From the NCBI GenBank assembly GCA_000004985.1, contig GG738870.1: DNA of 64,000 nucleotides, one strand, 5' to 3'. The notes beneath the pieces were generated by a model that saw only the letters and a program-made list of their open reading frames with translations, ran no database searches and was not told the DNA's origin. Positions 53,388 to 63,212 of the stretch are shown one piece after another. The first letter of the stretch is position 1; each line of letters starts with the position of its first letter. Made by a program: the position numbers and the translations under genes. Origin of the DNA: Naegleria gruberi. Taxonomy: Eukaryota.

Positions 53388-54529
53388 ATGAATCCACGTA
53401 CTACATTTCTTTGCATTACATTCCTCATTGTTTCCTTTTTGCTACACTACTCCCATCAGCAGCTTCCACTCTCTCGTCAATATCAATACAATACTACCCT
53501 AGCTAAGGATGGTAGCTTTGATTTGTTTTGGTCAATTCAGGATGGTGAATTGTACATGGCCATGTCTGCACAAACTAATGGGTGGTTGGCTGTGGGATTC
53601 AACTCATTTGTTGAAAATAATGCTGAAGATAAGGATGTAGATATGAGACTCACTGACATGATTCTTGGATGGAGAGATTCGAGTGGTAATACCTATTTGT
53701 ATGATAGTTATGCCATGAGCAATTCAATTCCAAGTATGGATACTCAATTGTAAGTATGCTTTTGAACATTATAAGTATGAAATATTCTTTCTTTGAATAT
53801 TAACATAATAGAGGAGGAACTGATAATTCAATTCTCATTCAATCTTGGGAAACAACAGGTAGAACCATTATTGAATTCAAAAGAGCACTCGATACCAAAG
53901 ATTCCTATGATGTGGCCATTCTCCCAAATAGAAAACTCATTCTCCTCTATGCCCTATCAGCACAAGATCCAAGCAATAATCAGTACAATTCCTTATCAAT
54001 CCATACCAAGAGAGGTTCAGTAGCAATTCCAAACTTTTGGCCATTACAACAGAATGAAACTCTCTCCGAAAAACAATCCAATATTACCATTTCCAATCAA
54101 ACTAGCACTTCTTCATCTGGTAGTACTTTCAATAGTACTGCTAGCAGTGGAAGTAGTAGTATTACTAATCAAACATCTATTATCTTTCCTCCAATTACTT
54201 TTCCTCCTCAAAACAACAACAATAATAATACTGCTGCTACTACTGGTGGCACAACAACAACACCTCCTCCTCCACCACAACATAATCAAACAATCATTGT
54301 CATTCCACCCTTCTTCCCATCAAGTTCTTCTCCAGTTATTGGAAATAATAATAATAATGGAAATCATAACAACAATGGATCTACACCATCATCATCGGGA
54401 AAGCCTGGCAAAGAAAAACCAATAATTTCCATTCAAATTGCAAGAGCCAACCAATTAGGTGCATCGGGTCCATTATTCATTGTTGTGGCCAATCTTTTCA
54501 TTATGCAAATGTTACTCGCCTACTTGTGA
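53388..54529 (+). CDS. Secreted DOMON-domain protein with a Ser/Thr/Asn-rich stalk and a predicted GPI-anchor signal. Two exons: 53388..53749 and 53812..54529.
   Basis: ATG at 53388 with a signal peptide. GTAAGT donor at 53750 and acceptor ...aataatag at 53811, phase 2. The DOMON-like core (FDLFWSIQDGELYMAMSAQTNGWLAVGFN ... TIIEFKRALDTKDSYDVAIL) spans the junction. The C-terminus has STSSSGST/NNNNN/PPPP tracts and ends in a hydrophobic GASGPLFIVVANLFIMQMLLAYL. Confidence 0.7.
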
Positions 54530-54846
54530 TAATTTTTTTTTAAATTTTAAAAATTTTAAATACATAACAATAAAAAGTGGCGCGAACAATTTTTCACCAC
54601 ATTTTGATATTCAACGGAAATTAATCTTTGTGCAATTCAAAGTTGCATTTTCACTGCAATTCAAAGATCAAGAGGTGGACCTCGTTGTACAGGATGCCCA
54701 TTCGGAAGCGAAATCGTGTCTATTCCGTAGGTAACCTCCAATTTTTCTGTAACACTCAAAAGCTCATATTTAAAAATCACTCAATTTCTCAAATATAAAA
54801 AAAACAATTCAACAGTTTCGAACAAAACCTGCCGCAAAATTTTAAA

Positions 54847-56040
54847 ATGACAGAAATTATTTACTTTGGTGATTATCAAATGTTTAGAAAATTGAAAGAA
54901 CTTTACAATGTTTCTTCCAATTCTTCCAATAATTCAGAAAAGAAATTGATGATGAAAAGAAAGAAGAAAACATGTTTGGAGAATATTTCATTCATGTTCA
55001 AGGAAAATCACTTTCAATTTCCTCCAAGATTGAACAATAACAATACAAATTATCATGGTTCAAAAAGTCAGAGAATTGTTGATTTTCAATTGGGAGATGA
55101 TTTTGTAATTTGTCAAACTGAATCTACTCAATTATATTTCATTGGATTGTATTCCAATAAGGGAGGAATCAATTATCTTTGTGAACAAATGCCATGTGAA
55201 AAAATTGGAAAGACTGAACTAATCAAATGTTGTTCCAATAAGATTCTTATCAAATCATTGGCTGGAAAGTTTTACATTGCTGAAGTTAAGAAATTAGATC
55301 AGGTACCAATTTTCAAACCAGTTGAAGCTTTTGTAAATACAGTAGTCAATGAAACCGTTAAGGGAGTTCATTTTGGAGAGAATTTCAATTCAGTCTTGAC
55401 TGAGAAGAGTCAAGTTTTCTCTGAGGGAAGATTCATCATTACCAATGACAGATATGGATACGATTGGATTTATCCAGCACCTGCAGATTTGCTCTTACCA
55501 ACAAGTGTCACTACTATTGAAAAGATCTTTGGAGATAATCACTCATTCATGGTTAAGGATGCAAATCCAAATGCTTTGAAAAAGTACTACTTGTATCAGC
55601 AACATTGGAAAAATCAAAATCCCTCACTCGAAGATTGGATTCTCAAATATTTCCCAGAGGAGCATTCGATTACAATTGAGGATGTTATTCCAAATGGATG
55701 TGGAGTTGGATATTTAGTGTTGGTTTCGTTTGGAGATTCTGACTTGAAACGTATTGTCATGATTGGACATAAGGGTGAATTTTGTCAATTCAGCCAATAT
55801 TTGGAAGTATTGGATGAAAGAAATGATTTTTATCACACATTCGATTTTCCTTCCTATTTCTATTCAGTAACAGGTTTTAATGAGGAATTTTCATTTGAAA
55901 ATTGTCATTTCACCACAAATTTCGCCTTATTTGAAATGAAACAAACTGAAAAGTTAAATTTCCATTCTAAACTCTACAAGAATAGTCAATATTCAGATAT
56001 TGAGTTTGTCACACAATCTGAAGGAGAACCATTATTGTAA
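54847..56040 (+). CDS. Unknown protein, family member A (397 aa). Paralogue of 60419..61717.
   Basis: ATG at 54847. The first ~75 aa are nearly identical to paralogue B. The rest is about 35-40% identical (e.g. QLGDDFVICQTESTQLYFIGLYSN, FPSYFYSVTGF). Confidence 0.55.
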   Translation: MTEIIYFGDYQMFRKLKELYNVSSNSSNNSEKKLMMKRKKKTCLENISFMFKENHFQFPPRLNNNNTNYHGSKSQRIVDFQLGDDFVICQTESTQLYFIGLYSNKGGINYLCEQMPCEKIGKTELIKCCSNKILIKSLAGKFYIAEVKKLDQVPIFKPVEAFVNTVVNETVKGVHFGENFNSVLTEKSQVFSEGRFIITNDRYGYDWIYPAPADLLLPTSVTTIEKIFGDNHSFMVKDANPNALKKYYLYQQHWKNQNPSLEDWILKYFPEEHSITIEDVIPNGCGVGYLVLVSFGDSDLKRIVMIGHKGEFCQFSQYLEVLDERNDFYHTFDFPSYFYSVTGFNEEFSFENCHFTTNFALFEMKQTEKLNFHSKLYKNSQYSDIEFVTQSEGEPLL

Positions 56041-56078
56041 ATATTGTAATGAATGTATTAAATGTATTAACATTTCAA

Positions 56079-58151
56079 TTAATCTTTCTTCTTTTTGGAT
56101 AGTGAACTGGAGGACTGTGTTGAACTCTTTCTCTTGGATTTCGTTTTTGGTGTGGAAGGCGGCAAATCAACATCCATGTACGCATTGGAAGAGGATGGAT
56201 TATTCGAAAGTAAATTCTCTAATTCAATTTGACTATTTTTTGTTCTTTCAATGATATCGAATATGGAAGAATCGAATATTAAGGAAGTTGAACAACTGTC
56301 AAATGAAGAATTGAGAGAAATTTGATCGAATGAAGTATTATGATGTGCTTGATCGTCTGCAGAACAACCTTCTCCAATACTATTAACATTCTCGGTGGTG
56401 TCATCTAACAAGGAGACAATACAGAGATTTCCAAATTGATCACTCGATGCCAATAAAGTATCCGAAATGGCCAAGGATCGAATAGAACTGGGATGAATCT
56501 TTTCAAATTTGTGAGAATAGTTAGTTTTCTTGTTAGAATTCTCAATGGAGTGAATGGAATTCCACATGTACAAATGTCCATCTCTACAACCAGTGAGCAT
56601 CATGTCATTTCCATAAAATGCTGGAACTATTTGAGTATCCATACATGGATTTGATGAATATTTGTGAATTAGTGATGAAATACCTGTTGGCTTACAATTA
56701 TTTCCTAAATTCCACAATTTACTTCCAAGTTGGGAAGTTGAAATGAGAATTGGTTCGTTTCTAGAATTTTGTAAACAATGTAAATCGAAAATCTTTTCCT
56801 GTGATTTACAATGTGAAATGAAAGGTTCAATATAACGTTGGGACTTGCTATCGAAATATGAATTTTCACTTGTAATGCATGCTTCGCTTCCAAAAGTAAA
56901 TTCTGGTTCTTGTTTTGGAAATTTTCTTTTCTGAGAATTATTTGTCCAATTTCCAAATAAAGTATTTGAAGAATATTGACTATTAGAGTTGGTATCACAT
57001 TCATCATCATCTTCTAATGAATATGCCAAATCAGCTTGAAATTCTACCAAATTATCGTTTTGAATAATCTCAGTAACATAATTCGACATTTTTCTAATGT
57101 CCCACCACTTGATAGAACACGGAAGATCAGTAATAATCGAATCCTTAGATGAAGATGTGAATAATGAAAATTCAGAGTTTGGCATCCAACAGCACGAATG
57201 AACAAACTCTTTCAAATTCACGCTATATATTGGTCGACTCAATTGATTAGACCAAATTTTCAAAGTCTTATCAAGGGAAGTTGAGGCAATTAAATTCTCC
57301 CTCCAATTAGTTTTAACATCTGTAATGTAATTGACATGTTCATTGAAAGTCAATTGTGGTCCAATAATTTGTTTCGAATTGTGTTGTGAAAGGTCATAAC
57401 AGAATAGTGTGGAATCGTCTGAGGCAACATAACAATGTCCATCACTGGTTGTACAAATTCTATTGATAAAAGGTCGTGAAGGAAGTGGAATGAGAGTTGG
57501 TGAAGTGAGTGTGAAATTTGTTGAGCTAGAGTTTACAATGGAATAATCATCTGGAATTTTGTAAAGTTGAATACAACCATCTACATCTCCTCCTAGCAAT
57601 ATTTGATTGGAGAATTGATAATTTCCATTCAAAGACTTGGGAATAAATTTCATGGTAGTCATTGTTCCACAGCTCTTATATTGAAACACTTTGGATTGGA
57701 CATTTGACAGTTTTTCCTTCTTTTTCTTCTTTGTGGTAGCACTTTTAGGTGTCCTAGGCGAAATATCCTCAAGATTCATCAATAAAGAGTCGTGACTTTG
57801 TCTCATTTGTGAAATTCTTTCCAATTGATTCACCATTCTTCCTCTCAAATGATTCCAACAAATTTTCGTATAACTCTCTTCCAAACATTGTGAAGATATC
57901 TGCTTCCCCTTTGATCCGTTCAATATAAACCTATTAAACATGCACACATTTAACAGGGAATGATTCCTTCCACAATTTTCACTAAACTTGTTAAGAAAAT
58001 TCGTTCGGAGTTGATGAGAAGAAGAGATGAAGTCTTCATCCGTTGGTGGAAAGAGCTTTTTGAGTGAGGGATGCTGCTGTTCAATTTTCTTCCTCCTATG
58101 TTGCTCCAATCGTTTGGGAATCACGACTGGCTTGAGAGGTGAATTGAACAT
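56079..58151 (-). CDS. WD40-repeat protein.
   Basis: ATG at 58151 (aaaaaaATG; the track start at 58178 is TTG). WD-like segments (CIQLYKIP, TLKIWSN, HLYMWNS, LASSDQFGNLCIVSL). Lys/Ser-rich C-terminus. Confidence 0.6.
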   Translation of the reverse strand: MFNSPLKPVVIPKRLEQHRRKKIEQQHPSLKKLFPPTDEDFISSSHQLRTNFLNKFSENCGRNHSLLNVCMFNRFILNGSKGKQISSQCLEESYTKICWNHLRGRMVNQLERISQMRQSHDSLLMNLEDISPRTPKSATTKKKKKEKLSNVQSKVFQYKSCGTMTTMKFIPKSLNGNYQFSNQILLGGDVDGCIQLYKIPDDYSIVNSSSTNFTLTSPTLIPLPSRPFINRICTTSDGHCYVASDDSTLFCYDLSQHNSKQIIGPQLTFNEHVNYITDVKTNWRENLIASTSLDKTLKIWSNQLSRPIYSVNLKEFVHSCCWMPNSEFSLFTSSSKDSIITDLPCSIKWWDIRKMSNYVTEIIQNDNLVEFQADLAYSLEDDDECDTNSNSQYSSNTLFGNWTNNSQKRKFPKQEPEFTFGSEACITSENSYFDSKSQRYIEPFISHCKSQEKIFDLHCLQNSRNEPILISTSQLGSKLWNLGNNCKPTGISSLIHKYSSNPCMDTQIVPAFYGNDMMLTGCRDGHLYMWNSIHSIENSNKKTNYSHKFEKIHPSSIRSLAISDTLLASSDQFGNLCIVSLLDDTTENVNSIGEGCSADDQAHHNTSFDQISLNSSFDSCSTSLIFDSSIFDIIERTKNSQIELENLLSNNPSSSNAYMDVDLPPSTPKTKSKRKSSTQSSSSLSKKKKD

Positions 58152-58393
58152 TTTTTTAAATAAATTAAAAAAATTCAAATTAGAAATCGTAACGGTAAAA
58201 TTTTTTAAAATGGAACTCTAATAGAAAAAATTGATAGAAATTTGAAATATGAAGTAACACAACAAGTAAGCAATACAACAAGCTGCTTCCAAAACATAAA
58301 AGTACTTTCAAGATAATTTTTCATTAAGATTTTTAATCCATTCAACCACCATCGGAGTGCAGAAGGAATTAAAATAAAAAAAAAATTCTCATC

Positions 58394-58846
58394 ATGAAAT
58401 CCTTCTTAGCCACCTTGTTGGTTTGTCTCTTGATTGCCTACACTGTTAGTGCTCAAAATATGCAATGGAACGTTTGCAAGCGTTTCTCCTCTCAAACTTT
58501 GCAAATTTCTTCCCTCTCAATTTCTCCAGATCCACCACAAGCTGGCAATAATTTGCAAGTCAATCTCCAAGGTACTTTAACCTCACCAATGGGCACAGGA
58601 GCCACTGGTACTGTTGAAGTTCAATATGCTGGTACTCCAATGTATTCCGGTCCTTTTGATCCATGTCAATTCTTGCAAGGATCTAATACTCCATGTCCAC
58701 TTGCTAAGGGTCCAACTACTCTTTCTGTTTCTCAACAAATTACTCCAATGGCTCCTGCTGGAGGTCCATATCAAGGAACTATTATCATCAATGATGAAAA
58801 TAAGAATGTTGTTACTTGTATTGATTTTAATTTCATGATGAATTAA
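58394..58846 (+). CDS. Secreted ML-domain (MD-2-related lipid-recognition, Npc2/Der p 2-like) protein.
   Basis: Signal peptide MKSFLATLLVCLLIAYTVSA. Six Cys in an ML-like arrangement (C..C...PC.F...PCP...C.DF). Highly biased codon usage. Confidence 0.6.
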   Translation: MKSFLATLLVCLLIAYTVSAQNMQWNVCKRFSSQTLQISSLSISPDPPQAGNNLQVNLQGTLTSPMGTGATGTVEVQYAGTPMYSGPFDPCQFLQGSNTPCPLAKGPTTLSVSQQITPMAPAGGPYQGTIIINDENKNVVTCIDFNFMMN

Positions 58847-58995
58847 ATTGTTATTATTAATTGATGAATATGATCAAATATGATATACGGAAGAAATGAA
58901 TATAAATATTATTAATTTATTATTATTATAATTTATAATTGGTATTATGACTGGTTGAGCAATGCAATAATATAACAGTGAGAGTAGCAAAGTAT

Positions 58996-60334
58996 TTATG
59001 GAGATTCATCCACGTCCATTTCTTCTAAATTCTTATTCTTTCTCCTCTCTTGTGAGAATTTAATTTGTCTCTCGAACAAGGCTTTTTCTGGATCATAGGC
59101 ATGTTTGCAAGCATGTTGCATGGTACAGAATTTACATTTAATCATGTCTGGTTTTGCTACAAATTCCTTATCTTCCACAACTAGAGATATTCCACATTTC
59201 AAAAAGTATTGTAAAGTCAAGTTCAGTTAAAGAAAATTAAAATATCGACAACATACTCTTAGTTGCATACTCGAGAATCATATTCTCAGTGGCAGAATGA
59301 TCAAATTTATCATCTGTGAATGAATAGACTTCTCCTGTTGTGAGACAGGTGAGGTTACTCTTTGAAATTGTTTCTCCAAATAATTGTTGGAAAGCATAGT
59401 GATAGATTGATAATTGTTTTTCAAATCCACTCAAATATTTTGGTTTGATAGAGCTCTTATATTCCACTACGACGTATTTAGATTGATCATTTTCATCCTT
59501 CTCAATATCAACTCTATCAAAGATTACAACCAAATCAACGTCTGACGAACCTCCAACACCAGTCAGTACAAAACTTTCTTCGATCAAGACAGGTCTTCTA
59601 TTACCATTCATGCCAAAATGCTGAGCTGCACTATGGCTTTGGAATAGAGATGATGGTGGCAGTAGTATATTGGTCAATTCTCTCTTAATTTGATTCCTAA
59701 GCATTTCTTTGGATTCCTGAACGACATCTTTTGGTACATAGATAGATTCAGCCTTTGCAGATCCAACAACATGTCTATTAAATGTCTTGACAGCTCTCTC
59801 GGTTATGAAATCCAAAAATTCTGGATTTTCAGTCCTATTTGTTCCATCAATCAATTCATTACTCTGTTGTAAAATTCTATTCAATTCCACATCATTTTTG
59901 ATTTTCTTAACAATCTCAGAGGCTATAATCTTGTTATATCCAATGTTTTTAGCAAAATCCACTTCCAAATCCACTCCTTTTGCTGGTCTATAATGAGAAT
60001 AGGCCAGTTTTGCTTTATGATTTGCCTCAGTCAAGAATAATCCAGACTCTTCTTCTACCTTCTCAATTTCCTGATAGACCAAATTATATAATTTAGAAAA
60101 GTGAGCCAAAGATTCATGAAGTGATGATCCCCTAATAATTGGAACTGTTGGTTTCCCCTTTACCTCTTTATCAAGATAACTCAAATAATACCGATGAGGA
60201 CAAGTCATATAAGTGTCCAATTTACTATTATTTCCGATATAATAATTCAGCACAACATTCCGTATCAAATATACTATCAATATATAAATTTACCTATAAC
60301 TCATCATTAACTTCTTTCCTAGTTTTCGCGACAT
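58996..60334 (-). CDS. PD-(D/E)xK nuclease of the Exo5/Cas4/AddB type with a four-Cys [4Fe-4S] motif, 397 aa. Three exons: 60294..60334, 59257..60224 and 58996..59180.
   Basis: ATG at 60334 (aaaaaaaATG). GTAAAT donor at 60293 and acceptor ...aaataatag at 60225 (69-nt intron). GTATGT donor at 59256 and acceptor ...tctctag at 59181 (76-nt intron). Phases are consistent. N-terminal SYSKLDTYMTCPHRYYLSYL. Central DVDLVVIFDRVD...VVVEYKS (D...D-x-EYK). C-terminal exon has KCKFCTMQHACKH (C-x2-C-x5-C). Confidence 0.65.
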
Positions 60335-60418
60335 TTTTTTTAAATCAAGTTTTTCTTTTTTCGAATTGGCGCCAAAATTATCCAACCTAATTTCATTCGT
60401 GGATTGAAATGTTATTGT

Positions 60419-61717
60419 TTATTCACTAACACCACTTTGTGTAACAATGTTAATATCCAAATATTGAGTATTCTTTGTCAATGTAGTGAAAAATCTGTTT
60501 TTTTGAATGGATTCCTTTTCGAATAGAATAAAATCATTGGTCAAGTGACACTTTTCCAATGTGAAATCTTCATCAAATCCAGTAACTGAGTAAAAGTATG
60601 AAGGAAAATGATAAATGTGGGCTTTCCAATAGAAACCTCCCTCTGAGGCAACCAAATTCAAGTGTTCACCCAAAGAGTTGTTTTCATTGGTACTAAGCAT
60701 GATGAGAGCATTCTTTCCACTTTCAAAAGAAAGCAAAAACAAATATCCATCACCTGATGGGTTTCCAATAATATTCTTAATGGTGACGGTTTCCTCTGGA
60801 AAAGATCTGTAAATTGCATTATCAATGGCGTCACTGACACAACCCCAACCATTACTGAGATAGTGCTTATTGTTTTCCTTAAATAATAATGTATGATTAT
60901 CAGCAAGTAGCTTTTCCTTATTGAGAAACAAATGGACACAATTATTATCTATAGAATGAGATCCAGTTGGTGCTACTCCTATGAATCCAACAAAATCTTC
61001 TCCAATAACTCCATCAAATATGTCTGGATATTTGAATAAATGATCTACAGGTTTTGGATTTGGGGTTGAATTCAATTTCTCCACATCAGCCACGTAGAAA
61101 TTTTGGGAAAGAGTTTTGATAAGGATTGTTTTCAAACCACATTTCACCCATTCTATTTGTCCCATTTTTTGACATGGTAGTGGTCTACAGTAGTATTTGA
61201 TATCAGCACGACGATTGTTGCTGTTAGATGACTGATTTGAATACAATCCAATGAAATATAATTGAGTAGATTCAGTTTGACAAATTACAAAATCATCTCC
61301 CAATTGAAAATCAATAATTCTCTCATTAATCATTTCATCTTCACTCAATTCCAAAACATGAACAATTGAATCACTTCTATTCAAATCAAATAATGTCAAG
61401 GTTTGACTTGGAAAGAATTCATCTCCATTCCATGTCAATACTCCAATTACATTCTTGAAAACTTTCAATTTTTCAAACAAGACATTGGTTCCGAATTGAC
61501 TTTTTGATCCATGATAATTTGCATTGTTATTGTTCAATCTTGGAGGAAATTGAAAGTGATTTTCCTTGAACATGAATGAAATATTTTCCAAACATGTTTT
61601 CTTCTTTCTTTTCATCAATTTCTTTTCTGAATTATTGGAAGAATTGGAAGAAACATTGTAAAGTTCTTTCAATTTTCTAAACATTTGATAATCACCAAAG
61701 TAAATAATTTCTGTCAT
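60419..61717 (-). CDS. Unknown protein, family member B (432 aa). Paralogue of 54847..56040.
   Basis: ATG at 61717. The 5' ~230 nt are about 97% identical at DNA level to 54847-55075. It carries a ~57-aa insert that is absent from paralogue A. Confidence 0.6.
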   Translation of the reverse strand: MTEIIYFGDYQMFRKLKELYNVSSNSSNNSEKKLMKRKKKTCLENISFMFKENHFQFPPRLNNNNANYHGSKSQFGTNVLFEKLKVFKNVIGVLTWNGDEFFPSQTLTLFDLNRSDSIVHVLELSEDEMINERIIDFQLGDDFVICQTESTQLYFIGLYSNQSSNSNNRRADIKYYCRPLPCQKMGQIEWVKCGLKTILIKTLSQNFYVADVEKLNSTPNPKPVDHLFKYPDIFDGVIGEDFVGFIGVAPTGSHSIDNNCVHLFLNKEKLLADNHTLLFKENNKHYLSNGWGCVSDAIDNAIYRSFPEETVTIKNIIGNPSGDGYLFLLSFESGKNALIMLSTNENNSLGEHLNLVASEGGFYWKAHIYHFPSYFYSVTGFDEDFTLEKCHLTNDFILFEKESIQKNRFFTTLTKNTQYLDINIVTQSGVSE

Positions 61718-61939
61718 TTCAAGTTTGATTTGATGATGATTGCAATTTCCAAGTGAATTGTTTTTCTTTTAAATTTAAACTATTAAAGGTGTTACACTTT
61801 TTCTTAAATATGTAAATAAGTGAGGTTACACACGGAATAGACACGAGTGTCGATTTGCTTCCGATAACTGCAACTTTGAATTACCTGTAAAACGTTGATC
61901 TGCATTGTGTCTGTCTACTCTAAGTAACCGAACAACATT

Positions 61940-63070
61940 TCAATAGAATTTTCTATGAACAATGCTTGGACCCTCTTCTTGATATTCAAAATCAGTAAGC
62001 CACAAATTCTGAGATGATGAAAAACTAGCCATCAGACTGCCACCAAGCCAAACTGATTCATCACCCAAAGGAGGCGCAACTTTGATCTTGTATTTGTATT
62101 CAGGAAATAGTGAAATCAATTCTTTGGAAATTCTCTTATCCATTCCAGAAAACATCGTTCCACCTCCTGAAAGAATAATATTTGCTCTGAAATCAGCTCT
62201 AATATCAAGATCACTTTTGGTAATTGTGTTACATATTGTTTCAATGATGTTCTCTGATTCAATGTTGAACAGTTTTGGTTGGAAGAATATTTCAGGACAC
62301 TGATATCTTTCACAGTCCAAATTGATGTGATTTCCATCTGGTAATTCAAATATCTTTTCAACAGACTCTTGAGATTCAGAGACTTTTCGATATTCTTCTT
62401 CATAATTGAGAGCTACATAACAAACATTTTCCTTAATATCCCTTGCAATTTCCTTATCTACAAGTCCCTTTTTCGTTACCATCTCCATCATGTAATTAGT
62501 CAACTCTCTACCACCAAAATCCATTCTCAAAGTAGCATGAGGTAATGCACTTCCCTCATACACAGGAACTGAATGAGTTACATCATCACCAGAGTCCAAA
62601 ACTAATCCAGTAGTTCTGCCAGATGCAAATACAGACAAGGCAGCTTGACTAGTCGAATACAAACCCTGTACTCTAAACTTTTCAAACATTATTTCAGTCA
62701 TTTGTTCTCTATCCTTCTTCCGATAGTTTTCTGGAACTCAATAGAACGCCTCTCTGTAAAGAAGGATCCACCTTCATCTCTTCAAATACAAAATTCCAAA
62801 TCATTTCCATATCATCCCAACTTGATATTTTCCTCCCTTCTATTGGCTTTCTCAATATTAAATCTTCTCTCTTTAATTTGGCTACCTCTCCAACAAAATA
62901 ATCAATTCCCAAACAATGTTCTTCTCGTTGATGATTTATTATGTTGTATTCCTAACTTGGCCAATAATTGAAGGAAAAACAAGTCTCGGACCATCCTCAC
63001 CAGAAAATCCAGCTCTTGTCCTATAACCTCCATTGTCTATTACTATTGCTTCGTTATCTCCTGCTATCAT
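61940..63070 (-). pseudogene. Actin-related (divergent actin/Arp) gene whose reading frame is broken twice. Candidate pseudogene.
   Basis: Three consecutive ORF segments in three frames each align to successive parts of actin. 63070..62939 reads [38 protein letters not shown]. 62912..62709 reads IDYFVGEVAKLKR...SWDDMEMIWNFVFEEMKV...VLLS. 62701..61940 reads (DREQ)MTEIMFEKF...IVHRKFY. The frame changes occur within about 26 nt and about 12 nt without usable GT..AG introns. Confidence 0.5.
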
Positions 63071-63212
63071 TGTTGATTTTAATTTTTGAAATAAAATTCC
63101 GTTCTGTTTATTGGAACTTTTCATGAGCATGATGAACTTTAGGTATAATTGATTTGGAACAGCTTTGGATTGTTAATAGTTACAAACCATAGCAAATTTT
63201 GCATTTCCAATG

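Noticed and set aside
54181-54400. AAC/AAT/ACT-rich tandem tract that could be called a microsatellite.
   Set aside because: It lies inside the DOMON-protein exon and encodes the Asn/Thr/Ser/Pro-rich stalk. It is coding low-complexity sequence rather than a non-coding repeat.
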